From a virus: 64,000 bases of DNA. The translations under genes and the position numbers were made by a program. Below the pieces are notes generated by a model. It had not been told where the DNA came from. It worked only from the letters and a program-made list of their open reading frames with translations, and searched no databases. How positions within the stretch are numbered: the first letter of the stretch is position 1; the number at the start of each line of letters is the position of its first letter. The stretch is from IMG/VR virus record IMGVR_UViG_3300012923_000001, positions 6,389-70,388 of that record; one strand, 5' to 3'. Below, in pieces: positions 38,200 through 47,778 of this stretch.

Positions 38200-39216
38200 T
38201 TAAACCTCATCCTCGCTATCAATGACTTTTTGAATCGGCCCTGCCAGCTTAGTCTTCTTCAGAAGTTCCGCATACCGCTCTTTGACTTCCGCTCGTTTTA
38301 CTGCGAACCGATCCCGCGCCCCGTCGCCTACGATATTTTCAATTGCCTCGCGACATAGATCGCGAGCTTCATCAGGTGTAGTGACAATCGCGTTAGCTTC
38401 ACACTTACGCGGGCCAATAGTGCTCAGATAATTTTGCACATAAGGAAGCTTGAAGTTTGGATGTTGAGGGCTGGCTAGATTCTTCCCAGAACCTGTAATT
38501 AGATTATCGATCCAGGTATAGCCGTTCTCTGTAATAAAATCATAGTTCAAACCGAAGCGAGTTATTTCCAGATCAGCAGGATCGTAACCTCCGTCGCCGT
38601 TTTCCCACTCAACTTCTGCGACTTGCTCAAGATTCTTGCGGATGGTATCGGAAATTCGTAAACCGTCGGGATCGTGATCGCCACAATAAAGCAGGACGCA
38701 TTTCAGGCCGCGCTGTTCTGCCTCTCGGAACCGTTTGGCGTATTCCGCTCGCTGTAGAATCGAAGACCAGCCTTTAGAGTTTGCAATCGGTATGTGATAA
38801 TCGCGAGTAACGTCTTCAAACAGAGTTACGAGGTCAATCTTTTCAACCAACATCTGCACATAATAATCTTCGCCGCCCCACCAGTCGGGCGTGAAATAGC
38901 GATGTCCTGTAAGCACGTCGCCTAACATCCACTTGAGTACACTCTTAACCGAGCCTTCAGTAGGGATTGAAATACCGGAAAACTCTCGCGCCTTTTCCTC
39001 TGCAACAAAGTCAACCGGCAATAACCCCTCGCGGCGACACCGATTAATCACGCCTTCAACTTTGTCGAATTGATCCTTATTGCAGAGACGGGACTGCTCA
39101 AGTAGGTAGCACCAGCCACGGGCCGACACCTTAAACCCGATCCGGCGACTGATACGCTGAAGCTCGGAGGCAAAGTCAGCAAGCTTGCTGCGGGTTACTT
39201 TTTGCGCGAAATCCAC
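38200..39216 (-). CDS. TopoVI-A/Spo11/JetD-like TOPRIM protein
   Basis: YVQMLVEK...KGWSS...LLYCGDHDPDG. Confidence 0.75.
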   Translation of the reverse strand: MDFAQKVTRSKLADFASELQRISRRIGFKVSARGWCYLLEQSRLCNKDQFDKVEGVINRCRREGLLPVDFVAEEKAREFSGISIPTEGSVKSVLKWMLGDVLTGHRYFTPDWWGGEDYYVQMLVEKIDLVTLFEDVTRDYHIPIANSKGWSSILQRAEYAKRFREAEQRGLKCVLLYCGDHDPDGLRISDTIRKNLEQVAEVEWENGDGGYDPADLEITRFGLNYDFITENGYTWIDNLITGSGKNLASPQHPNFKLPYVQNYLSTIGPRKCEANAIVTTPDEARDLCREAIENIVGDGARDRFAVKRAEVKERYAELLKKTKLAGPIQKVIDSEDEV

Positions 39217-39237
39217 GTCTACTCATCCCTCCCAATA

Positions 39238-39540
39238 TCAATCGTCTCGTCTAGCCGACATTACTTTCAACGCCTCTTCGGTCGTTTCAATTACCGCGAC
39301 TTGTCCGGCCACCAACCAGAAGGCGTGCCATTGCTTTTCTTTGGGCGTTAGGCGTCTTTTAGAGGGCGGTTGCCGCCAGTCCTTTATCTCGAATAACCAA
39401 TTGCGTCCACGGTACGCTACGAGAATATCCGGCACCCCGTCGCCTAAGTCTGCAATGCTTTGAACTACCGCTCCGGCCTGACGGAGTTCCCGTACTACGC
39501 GACTATGGTTGCCGTCCACCCGTTTCATTTGTTGCCCCAC
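39238..39540 (-). CDS. VRR-NUC-like nuclease / Holliday-junction resolvase
   Basis: RVDGNH...GDGVPDILVAYRGRNWLFEIKD...LTPKE. Confidence 0.8.
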   Translation of the reverse strand: MGQQMKRVDGNHSRVVRELRQAGAVVQSIADLGDGVPDILVAYRGRNWLFEIKDWRQPPSKRRLTPKEKQWHAFWLVAGQVAVIETTEEALKVMSARRDD

Positions 39541-39743
39541 CGCTTATTCGCCGCGTTTGTGGCGATTTCTTTGCGCCGTTTCTTGGTCAGTTTTTTAGCA
39601 CGGGCGTTCCCGCCTCTCTCTGCACCGTCAACCAACCGCTCAAGGCTGTCTGCTATCGCGCCTATCTCAGGATACTTTTTCAAGTCAACTTGTTCCCGCA
39701 GTTTGCGAATCCCAGCCCGTGCTTGTCCTTCTGCTGCTTTCAT
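39525..39743 (-). CDS. Small basic protein with its own promoter
   Basis: GGNARAKKLTKKRRKEIATNAANKRW; TTGACT-18-TATGCT at 39781-39752. Confidence 0.65.
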   Translation of the reverse strand: MKAAEGQARAGIRKLREQVDLKKYPEIGAIADSLERLVDGAERGGNARAKKLTKKRRKEIATNAANKRWGNK

Positions 39744-39777
39744 GGACACCAAGCATAGCATGGTGGGCAAGTAAGAG

Positions 39778-40172
39778 TCAAGCGGCAACATACTCCCGCC
39801 GTCTCAATGCCGATATGTTCAACCGATTTTCGGCGTACAGATCTGCCAGTGCGTCCGTCATGTCCGTCTACAGGAAGCCGAGTCAGCGCCCTGATTTCTC
39901 TCTGCGTTTTTGCACCGCGCTCGATAGCTGCCATCACTGATTCTTTTGGCTTTAGCTTCATGCACCAGATTGATAGTGAACGCGCACACGATTTACGGGT
40001 CGTCCCTCTGATCTTGAGGTAGTCGCGCCTAACTTTTCCGGCTATTAGCGATCTTTTCTCGGATACATACCTTACAGTAAAGGTTCATGCCGTCAGGCCA
40101 CGCACGACAAACTCCAAATTCATCCAGCGCCAGATCGCGTTCGCATCGCGGACATCGCTTTAATTCGCTCAT
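39778..40172 (-). pseudogene. Zinc finger plus winged-helix gene apparently split by two +1 shifts
   Basis: KRCPRC...YCKVC (stop at 40029); ...AIERGAKTQREIRALT in the +1 frame; DMTDALADLYAENRL in the next +1 frame. Confidence 0.45.
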
Positions 40173-40522
40173 TAGTCTTTCTACTCTGACTGTTTTATAT
40201 CCTCACAGACCAAAGGAACATAGCCAGCGCAATAGTTACTTTGAACCAGATTAACTCCATGATCGGCGTTCACTGCCAGCAAAGGGAACTTGCCGGATAC
40301 TCTATTCGGCGGCTCGCTATCAGTCGCGTGGATCACGTTGACCTCCGCATCGCTATAGCCGAGATCGCGGGCCTTTTCTAATTCTCGAATCAGATCGCTT
40401 ACAATCATTTTTCTCCTTTGGATTCAATTAGTCATAAACAGGTAGGTATTCTTTCAATTCCGATTGCTCGGTCGCATCCTTCACATCGCGGCACACCAGA
40501 GACAGAAATCCAGGTAACCCAT

Positions 40523-40888
40523 TCATCTAGTCCAACCGTTTTCCCTTTCAAGTAAAACCGGCACTCTGGATTCTGACATTCTCCCCTGATTCCGTTCGGG
40601 AAAGCCTTCCGCCCGATGAACTCTGCCGTCTTTTTGCTGAATCGCATTTTTCAATTCAACCAATCGCCCGTAATCGTCTAACATGGCCTTGATGCCTAAA
40701 GGATTTTTCTTGCGCTTCTTGCCCTTAGTGTCCATGTACCACCAGTCCCGAATAACTGTTTTCCATAAATCTAAGTCTTGAACAGTTATAGCAATGTCTC
40801 TGCGAAAGCCGACTGAGGGGCAAAATTTAAACTTGTCACGGTATGCTTTGACGGCAGGGTTATCCATGAACTCGCAACGCGGTTTCAT
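40523..40888 (-). CDS. Protein resembling a replication-initiator C-terminal domain
   Basis: PAVKAYRD...VQDLDLWKTVIRDW...NPLGIKAMLDDY; no N-terminal HTH. Confidence 0.4.
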   Translation of the reverse strand: MKPRCEFMDNPAVKAYRDKFKFCPSVGFRRDIAITVQDLDLWKTVIRDWWYMDTKGKKRKKNPLGIKAMLDDYGRLVELKNAIQQKDGRVHRAEGFPERNQGRMSESRVPVLLERENGWTR

Positions 40889-41580
40889 CTGGCAATCACC
40901 CTTGGACGATAACTAGAACGTGGGCGGTTGTTGAATCTTCGCGCTTGCCTCTCCGCTTCGTCGGCTAGTTGGCTATCGGTCTGCCAATAATCGGAATGCT
41001 CTAAATTCAACCGTGCGAGTTCAAGTCTAGTTCTTTTGGTAGTGCCAGCGAATCTTGCTCGATCGCACATAAAGATTCCTTGCCAGCATGAAGCTTGGAA
41101 GCATGAACCACAGACGGTTATGAGTTCGTTGTCACTTGGCATTTTCAAATCCTTTCGACCTCTGCGCTGAGCACTGATTCAGGAATTTATATTCATCTGA
41201 ATTGAAGATACTTATCTAAAGCGTCGCGTAGGGCCATTGCTTCTGGTTCCGTGAGGTAGACATCATCACCATTGGGCCGGAGCGCGAGCAGATTGTCGTG
41301 CCCTGCTACCTCAAATGTGATTTTGGCGTCTCCGTCTATTGCTTCATAGATAATGTCCGTCATTTTATTTACCCCTCGACACCAAGAAAATCTATGCGTT
41401 CAATTGTAGTCAGAGACTTAACCTCTCTATAGGGAACGTCTTGTAGTTTGCATTTTGGGTTTCCCATGCAATAGATAACTCGACCGGCAAAAGTCATTGA
41501 TTGATGACAGTTAGGGCACTTGATCGCCTTGTCAGTTAGCAGAGATTGTGCCACGTATTTCTTAGCGATGTACTTTTCGC

Positions 41581-42183
41581 TCATTCCATTACCCTCTCAA
41601 AACGGAGTCCCTTTGGTTTGTCGGCCTGCGTCAAATGTCCAGGTTTGTTAATAGCGCGATCAAGGGCTTCGTCTAGTTCCCTTGCGGCGATTCTCTGCGG
41701 ACTGTAGTAGCTGCGGTCTTCTCGGTAGCCGCGATCTTTCAATGGCTTAGTAGACAAAGCGTCCGCTTCCTCGTTCTCAGCACGCGGAATCCAGGTAAAA
41801 GTTATTTGACTGTTTAGTTGTAAATCGAGAAGTCTGCGCGCTTCGTGATAGTAAAGTAGATAGCGCCGGGGCTTGATTGGAGATTTGCCGTTTCGTTCTT
41901 TTCTTGTGAGCGTTCCGGCTCTCCAAACTCCGCTCATTTGCTTTACGACCATATCGGAATCGCCGTAAATCTTCATTTCGCACTGACCTAATTCAAGTGC
42001 GAATTTCAGAACTGCAATTACTCCGCAGTATTCAGCAACGTTGTTCGTCGTGTTCTCGGTTCCGATGTACTCTGCGTGTTCAAACACTATCAAGCCGTCG
42101 AGTTTCACGATCGCGCCAGATGCCGCATGACCGTTAGGGTTCGGCCAACACGCCCCATCAAACCACGCTTCATATTGTCTCAA
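41581..42183 (-). CDS. rnhA: Ribonuclease HI
   Basis: WFDGAC.PNP...TNNVAEY...IYGDSDMVVKQM.G.W...WIPRAENEEADALS; GGAGG SD. Confidence 0.9.
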   Translation of the reverse strand: MRQYEAWFDGACWPNPNGHAASGAIVKLDGLIVFEHAEYIGTENTTNNVAEYCGVIAVLKFALELGQCEMKIYGDSDMVVKQMSGVWRAGTLTRKERNGKSPIKPRRYLLYYHEARRLLDLQLNSQITFTWIPRAENEEADALSTKPLKDRGYREDRSYYSPQRIAARELDEALDRAINKPGHLTQADKPKGLRFERVME

Positions 42184-42199
42184 GCCTCGCGCCTCCTAA

Positions 42200-42660
42200 C
42201 ATCTAACGAGCATCGAAGTAGCACAACGTTACTAGATTCGAGTGAGCAGAGTAAATCCACCGCTTTTTAACGGCAGATTCACACAAAAGTCGCCACTGAG
42301 TTCTCGTTTCGCTTTCGTGTTTATCCGAACCGGGTTTATCAGGAAACCAGCTTGACTCGCCAAGCGCCCGTTACCTTACCTGATATGGCCGACTCAGGGG
42401 ACGTGTTCAGGTTCCGCTGAATTAACGTGCTGTCGTTCGGAGCCTATGTATTAGACTGAAAGCGATGCCTAGCGGCTGTTTGTCCGCTTCCTCTCGCCTA
42501 CAGGCTGGCTTTACGCAGCTTCGTCGGCGAGGGCTTCAAACGGCCTAATACAATAAGCCACCCACGCACGGACGAGCTAGAATTTCGGTAACTCTCGTCA
42601 TATTTCAATTTGAAAGTTTGAGAGGGATTCTTTGGTAGGAATCTCAGACAAACTTTGAAC
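42200..42660 (-). ncRNA. Putative ~450-nt structured RNA or origin element
   Basis: No - strand ORF of 60 aa or more; at least eight inverted-repeat helices; promoter TTGACA-18-CATAGT at 42696-42667. Confidence 0.6.
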
Positions 42661-42666
42661 GTGGGC

Positions 42667-42715
42667 ACTATGCGCTCAAACGACTTGACTTGTCAACGAA
42701 ATTCTGTGGTATACT
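42667..42715. promoter_or_regulatory. Back-to-back promoters
   Basis: Minus strand TTGACA/CATAGT; plus strand TGGTATACT extended -10 at 42707-42715. Confidence 0.65.
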
Positions 42716-42721
42716 TTCATC

Positions 42722-42790
42722 CTCAGTCGGCGGGGCCAACCCGAAACTTTGAACACACCGAAAGGCCGTTAGGGAAACTTAACGGCCCGA
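42722..42790 (+). ncRNA. Putative ~70-nt trans-antisense small RNA
   Basis: Contains AAACTTTGAAC (42744-54), identical to 42650-60; ends in a 10-bp GAAA-loop hairpin at 42764-42787. Confidence 0.55.
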
Positions 42791-43258
42791 CGTGTCTAAG
42801 GGCTGAGCTTCTACCGCGCATCCGAGTCGCGCCCTTGCTTCTTGTCTTGTCGGGCCTCCGGGCTTCGCCTTGCATCCTTTAGCGAAGATCGGTTCTTTAC
42901 CTTGACATCTTCCGCAGAGCACAGCATCGGGTTTTGGTAGTTCGCAGACGGCGGCTCTAGCGGCCCTCTGTTTCGCGTATTTACTTTCTGGATCGGCTCC
43001 AAAGAAAAATATTCCACAGCGAGTTTGAAAATGGACGCGTGGAGATTTCATGCGTATCCAATAGCGCCCGTTATCGCCAAGCTGCCACCATTGAAGCTCC
43101 ATTATCAGAACTTCGTGAAGTAGCGTTCCATGTCTACGCCCGTAAACATATTTCGGATACTTCTTAGCGACCGTTCGCGCCCAATCCATGCCCTCACCTT
43201 GAAAGTCGGGACGCCCGACTGTGCGAATCTCACCGCCGATTTCGATAGTTTCAATCAT
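42779..43258 (-). CDS. Hypothetical protein
   Basis: 159 aa; ATGA overlap with the upstream gene. Confidence 0.6.
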   Translation of the reverse strand: MIETIEIGGEIRTVGRPDFQGEGMDWARTVAKKYPKYVYGRRHGTLLHEVLIMELQWWQLGDNGRYWIRMKSPRVHFQTRCGIFFFGADPESKYAKQRAARAAVCELPKPDAVLCGRCQGKEPIFAKGCKAKPGGPTRQEARARLGCAVEAQPLDTSGR

Positions 43259-43464
43259 GTCGCTAGAAAATATCGCTTCACTCTTTTCCCTGAAGGCAGC
43301 TTAAGCCACTCATCTTGTATCTTGTACCCAGCTTCTTTCAATTCAAAGATTCTGCCTCCGAGTCTCATGCAGCCAAAATCGTTCAAAGCTTCCATTGGGG
43401 TAATCTTTCGACCACTCTGCATGTACCTTAAGATTTGTTCATTCTGTGAATTTTGAGATTCCAT
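43255..43464 (-). CDS. Winged-helix (HTH_39-like) protein
   Basis: ILRYMQSGRKITPMEALNDFGCMRLGGRIFELK..GY.I. Confidence 0.8.
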   Translation of the reverse strand: MESQNSQNEQILRYMQSGRKITPMEALNDFGCMRLGGRIFELKEAGYKIQDEWLKLPSGKRVKRYFLAT

Positions 43465-43487
43465 AGGTTCATCCTTTCAAAAAGGAA

Positions 43488-43922
43488 TTAAACTGAAACC
43501 GTTTGTCCGTGTTCGGACTCTCGGTGATGTTTGAAGCACAGCCAGTCTACGTCAAGCGGCCTGCTGTAATCTCTATGATGCGCCTGCCCTTTTCGTTCGC
43601 ACGGTTGTATCCGACACGGCAAGCGAATTAACCGGCCACCGCGGATCGCATTCCCTACTGCCATGCGAGCGGCATAGCGTTCTGGGTGCTTAGCTCGATG
43701 TGTTGCTTGATAGCGCATTTTAGCAGCCCGTCTATGTGGAGTTTTATTTCGTTTGTGTTCATAGTGGCTTTTTTCTTCCCGGTTATCCGCATAGTTTTGA
43801 GCCACATCCGCCTTAGCACAGTCCTTACACTTTCCCAGATGCCCATCGGCCATGCGAGGATGAGCATAGAATCTTGAAAGAGTCTTGCGCCGCTTGCACT
43901 TAAAACACCGCTTGCGTTTCAT
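43488..43922 (-). CDS. HNH-like endonuclease with zinc finger, leaderless (cassette 4)
   Basis: KRCFKC...CKDC; QAHHRDYSRPLDVDWLCFKHH; TGCTAAAAT 6 nt before the ATG. Confidence 0.8.
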   Translation of the reverse strand: MKRKRCFKCKRRKTLSRFYAHPRMADGHLGKCKDCAKADVAQNYADNREEKSHYEHKRNKTPHRRAAKMRYQATHRAKHPERYAARMAVGNAIRGGRLIRLPCRIQPCERKGQAHHRDYSRPLDVDWLCFKHHRESEHGQTVSV

Positions 43923-43964
43923 TCGGATATTTTAGCACAAGCGGCGCGAAGTTAAAAGGGTCTA

Positions 43965-44588
43965 TCAGAAAGGGATCGTGTCATCATCTGAAAAGTCGGA
44001 AACGTCTTGCGTCCGCTGTTCTTCGGGTGACGATCCGCCGCTCTGTATGTAAGCCCACTCTTCCGACTTTTCGACTATCTTCTTGATCCCGTCGCTCAGT
44101 TCGTCAAACTTATTGACATCGAAGTCATCGTCCAACCAGAACGAAAAAGATGGATTTACCTGGGGCGGACATTCCGTTCGCTTTGGTAGTCCGCTAACGC
44201 TCGCAACTTTTGTCTTGCCGTTTTCTCCTCCTACGATTGTGAGCATACAAGGCTTTCCGAGTATGTTCATCAGATCGAACCGTTGAAGCTCATCTTCGGT
44301 AAACGCCTTGCCGCGCCATCCTTCGAGGTCGCGCCGAAGGTTCGCCTTTTCACCTAATGAGTTTGTGTAGAACCGGCTAGTGGTTACAGGTACTTCTTTT
44401 CCTTCAATTTCGATCATCTCGTCGGGAAGTTCCCATGTAATGAGAACTTGATTTCGTCGGGTTGGCTGACCCTTGTATTCGCCGTGCTGTGTTCCTAAAT
44501 CCGTCAAACGAACACAGCGAGCTACGTGAGTTCCTACAGGGGCCGGGATAAACGAACCGCCTCCACTGTCTGAGCTAAAACGTCCCAT
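43965..44588 (-). CDS. Phage SSB-like OB-fold protein (NGO0469-like family)
   Basis: GTHVARCVRLTDLGTQ...YTNSLGEKANLRRDLEGWRG; acidic DDDTIPF tail. Confidence 0.8.
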   Translation of the reverse strand: MGRFSSDSGGGSFIPAPVGTHVARCVRLTDLGTQHGEYKGQPTRRNQVLITWELPDEMIEIEGKEVPVTTSRFYTNSLGEKANLRRDLEGWRGKAFTEDELQRFDLMNILGKPCMLTIVGGENGKTKVASVSGLPKRTECPPQVNPSFSFWLDDDFDVNKFDELSDGIKKIVEKSEEWAYIQSGGSSPEEQRTQDVSDFSDDDTIPF

Positions 44589-44615
44589 GATTGCTACTTT
44601 CTCCTTTTGCTTCTA

Positions 44616-44993
44616 CTAAGGTTTGTGTTGCTTGTTGATTAGCCATTCTTCCCGAAGATTGGCACCTATTGATTGGCACGCGCTTAATTGTTCGCGCGTG
44701 GTATCTAGTACGGTTTTCAGGTATTTGTATCGAATCTCCGCTGATAGAAACCGTTTATATTCATCTTTGCAGTTAATGTCTGCTTGCGCCTTTTTCTCTT
44801 GAACGGTTCCTTCTTGCTGATTAAGAATCTCGCGTGCGTGTCTGTCATCATATTCCGCGTGACTTGTAGCGTACTCGTCCCCGGCCTTGTAAATCTCCGT
44901 GATGACCTCATCGCAGCGTTGAACGAAACGCCAGATTTCGGCGTTGACGTTTGCCGGGGTAACGGGTAGTTGTTTACGATTGTGAGCTTTCAT
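44616..44993 (-). CDS. Coiled-coil protein (UvsY-like position)
   Basis: All-helical; lies between the exonuclease and SSB. Confidence 0.5.
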   Translation of the reverse strand: MKAHNRKQLPVTPANVNAEIWRFVQRCDEVITEIYKAGDEYATSHAEYDDRHAREILNQQEGTVQEKKAQADINCKDEYKRFLSAEIRYKYLKTVLDTTREQLSACQSIGANLREEWLINKQHKP

Positions 44994-45843
44994 CTTGCAT
45001 TCGCTTCCATTGCCGACAAAAAGGCGCGACAGAACAATATGCCGCGCATCGGATTGATTCTCCCGGCCTAGCAACCACAGACAGGCCCGTACCGGCCTCT
45101 GCGTGACGCTCCGCTGGTTCTGGCGCGTCGTACAGTCTGACGGCTTTCTTTTGCCCGGACTTCATCACGGCCCACTTTGCAGGCTTGGCCCATCGCTCCT
45201 CTGCCGTGCAATCATCGTAATGGCCGTGCTCAGCTTTTTGATGCAAGGCAACGCGATCTTCTAAGAATGCGCTTGCTTGCTCTGGTGTCCATAAAGGAAC
45301 GGACATCACTTTGACTTGCTGCTGAGGATAGCTAGAATCATATTGTGCTTTTGACTTCGACCAGTCCCGGCCAATGGCTACGATCTGAATTTGATTAACT
45401 GTCCGTCCGGCGCGGCGAATTAGCTCCGCGTAGGAATTTAACTGACTTTCCCATTCTGGTTTGACGCCATCCTTCACGGCCCAGACACTAGTCAGTTTCC
45501 AGTCAGTCAAGCATTCTCCGTCGAGAATCATTTCGCTCAAATCATAGTGGCCTACCACTGTCCACCCTAAAACCTCCATCTCAAGCTGTTCTTCGGCGAT
45601 GGTATCTTTTAATCCTTGAGCGTTGCGCTCTAAGACGCCGTGTAAGAGAGTTCCGAGTAGCGCCCATATTCTATCTCCGGCGTCTTCTGAGATTTCACCT
45701 TCATGGACGATAGATAACGCACGAATTTGTGCGGGCTGAATCAGTTCGGTGACGCTAATCCGTCCGCGCATACGCTCGCGGGGATGGCGCGTTACGGCCT
45801 TAACCAAAGGCTCTGGCAGATTATTCTGATTCGTTATTTTCAT
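44974..45843 (-). CDS. Cas4-like PD-(D/E)xK exonuclease
   Basis: ISVTELI...GTLLH...GHYD...TDWKLT...QLNSY...RCAAYCSVAPFC. Confidence 0.85.
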   Translation of the reverse strand: MKITNQNNLPEPLVKAVTRHPRERMRGRISVTELIQPAQIRALSIVHEGEISEDAGDRIWALLGTLLHGVLERNAQGLKDTIAEEQLEMEVLGWTVVGHYDLSEMILDGECLTDWKLTSVWAVKDGVKPEWESQLNSYAELIRRAGRTVNQIQIVAIGRDWSKSKAQYDSSYPQQQVKVMSVPLWTPEQASAFLEDRVALHQKAEHGHYDDCTAEERWAKPAKWAVMKSGQKKAVRLYDAPEPAERHAEAGTGLSVVARPGESIRCAAYCSVAPFCRQWKRMQDESSQS

Positions 45844-45975
45844 TTTGTTGTGCTTCCCATTGTGCGGCCATCTGGTCTAACTCTTCGTCGGCTGGTTCCC
45901 ATGGTTGACGGCACTCTTCATACCCTCGCTCAAAACCATCCGGGTTGGCATAGTCGACATTAAGCTTAGTTAGGC

Positions 45976-46104
45976 TCATTTCGGTTCATCCCATCTGTAG
46001 TGTTTACACTTTGGGCAAACTACGGGGCGTTTCAGCCAGCTAAACCAACCGTGTCCGCAGCGTAGACACTTAAGCCATCGCTGAACTCGTCGTTGTTCTT
46101 TCAT
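45976..46104 (-). CDS. 42-aa zinc-ribbon microprotein (below the ORF track cutoff)
   Basis: KCLRCGHGW...PVVCPKCKHYRWDEPK; its own promoter lies immediately upstream. Confidence 0.7.
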   Translation of the reverse strand: MKEQRRVQRWLKCLRCGHGWFSWLKRPVVCPKCKHYRWDEPK

Positions 46105-46112
46105 GGGTTGCT

Positions 46113-46142
46113 ATTTTATTACTACGGCGTAGTAAAAGTCAA
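46113..46142 (-). promoter_or_regulatory. Promoter with a palindromic operator in the spacer
   Basis: TTGACT-18-TAAAAT; TTACTACG-G-CGTAGTAA at 46119-46135. Confidence 0.75.
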
Positions 46143-46483
46143 GACTGAATTTCGCGGGAGGCGATCATGTTCTTCCGGGCGGCTTCATAGGTTTCGGTGC
46201 TTAAGAGCCCTAGCCTTATCGCCTCTGCTCTGTTTAGCGGAATCCAATTGTGGTGTGCTCTGCACAAAGCAATTCCATTATTAACATCGAATTTTAAGTC
46301 GGGCCTTAAACTTCGTTCGGCAATATGATGGGCATCAAGTGGCCCTCCACATGGAAGCATAGTGAACTCGTAAGCGCCCGTGAACTGTTGCACTTGGCAT
46401 TCATTGTTATCTCGCTCTTTAACGTCTTTCGACCACGCGATCATCTTCGGATCAATCCGAACTTTCATCCTTGTGCGCTTCAT
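46139..46483 (-). CDS. HNH nuclease (NinG-like)
   Basis: WSKDVKERD..CQ...LDAHHI...FDVNNGIALCRAHH. Confidence 0.75.
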   Translation of the reverse strand: MKRTRMKVRIDPKMIAWSKDVKERDNNECQVQQFTGAYEFTMLPCGGPLDAHHIAERSLRPDLKFDVNNGIALCRAHHNWIPLNRAEAIRLGLLSTETYEAARKNMIASREIQS

Positions 46484-47337
46484 GTTCCCCGCTCGGCGCA
46501 AATCTCTGCGGCCTTTTCCCTCTCGGTCGGGACGGATTGTGATTCTTTGACCGCCCTCTCCATCCTTGTCGCGTGTCCCTGTAAGCACGATGCACAGTCA
46601 GGTTTCATAACGCTGTGATAACAGTTGCCGACGTTGAAAAATGACGCGGCGTAGGTTTCAGCCGGGACGGTGGTACGGGCGTCAAGCAACTCCTTCGCTT
46701 CAATTAAGACATCAATGCAGTGCGTGCACATAGCACTTTGGCATTCAAGAATCTCGTCGATCTTTTGTAGCGTCGGTGCCGGCGCCAGTCCCTCCGCTTC
46801 CCCGTGTGACGAAGTGACGCGGCGTTCAGCAAGCCTTGCTAGTAGCTCATCCCGGCACTCGTTGGCCCGATCATGTTGTACTTTGCTTTGGGGATACATC
46901 ATGGCCCGCGCATGGCTTTCCAGTGCCAGCTCTACAAGTTCGCGGTCAATCATGTCGGTTGCGGGTAGTGGTTTAGTGGTCATCGTTTCTCCAATCGCTT
47001 AATTAGTTCTTTCGCGGCGTCATCTTCATTTGGGTCGTAGCCACGATTAGCGAGCACATCCAAGATCCCTTCCATGGTTTCCGATGAACTTGGCCCTGGT
47101 TCCCAGCCTTCACGATGGCCTGAGTGATAAGCGCGCAAGAGCCAGTAGATAAGAGTCTCGCGGTCGTCAAGTGTTTCTTCTTTCCCGTGCTTTCGACCTA
47201 CGGCGTAGTTTTCATTCGCCACTTTTACCAAGTCGGCATCGCTGATAGGATGAATGCGAAATGGACGATCAACTGCGCATCCTTCCCCTAGTGGTTGTTC
47301 AAAGTTGCTGTTATCTGTGGTCATTGGTGGGCCTCCA

Positions 47338-47778
47338 CTATCGGTATTCTTTGAAGGATTCAAGTTCGCTGCGCATTTGTCGCAGTCCTTCTACCGCGCC
47401 ATTGCGAGCGGCAGGATGTGGGCCATAAATGATCGCCGCATCAACATCGGGCAAGCTCTTAACTCCCTCAGAAGCTATTTTGCCAAAGGAAAGAATCACG
47501 GTAGGCTTATGCTTATTGATAACGCTCATCATGTGCTGCCGATTGGCTGCGAATAACGAGCGCGAGTGTCCGCCGATTTCGCTGCTAGCTTCTTCCCAGA
47601 TGATCGCCCCGCATAGTTTTTCACCAAAGACTTGCCGCAATCGCTTCCCGGTCAAACAGCCCATAAACAGGAATGCGGAGATGTATCGCTCGCGGCGCTC
47701 CGGGTTCTCCGCAAACATCGCTCGAATACTATCTGGGTCTTTGAACCATTGGTTTTGTAAGAAGGCAACTATTTTCAT
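47338..47778 (-). CDS. Uracil-DNA-glycosylase-fold protein
   Basis: TGKRL...HKPTVILSFGKIA...GPHPAAR. Confidence 0.6.
   Translation of the reverse strand: MKIVAFLQNQWFKDPDSIRAMFAENPERRERYISAFLFMGCLTGKRLRQVFGEKLCGAIIWEEASSEIGGHSRSLFAANRQHMMSVINKHKPTVILSFGKIASEGVKSLPDVDAAIIYGPHPAARNGAVEGLRQMRSELESFKEYR

Noticed and set aside
38200-39216. Wadjet defence system
   Set aside because: Only a TOPRIM protein is present; no jetA/B/C or SMC gene.
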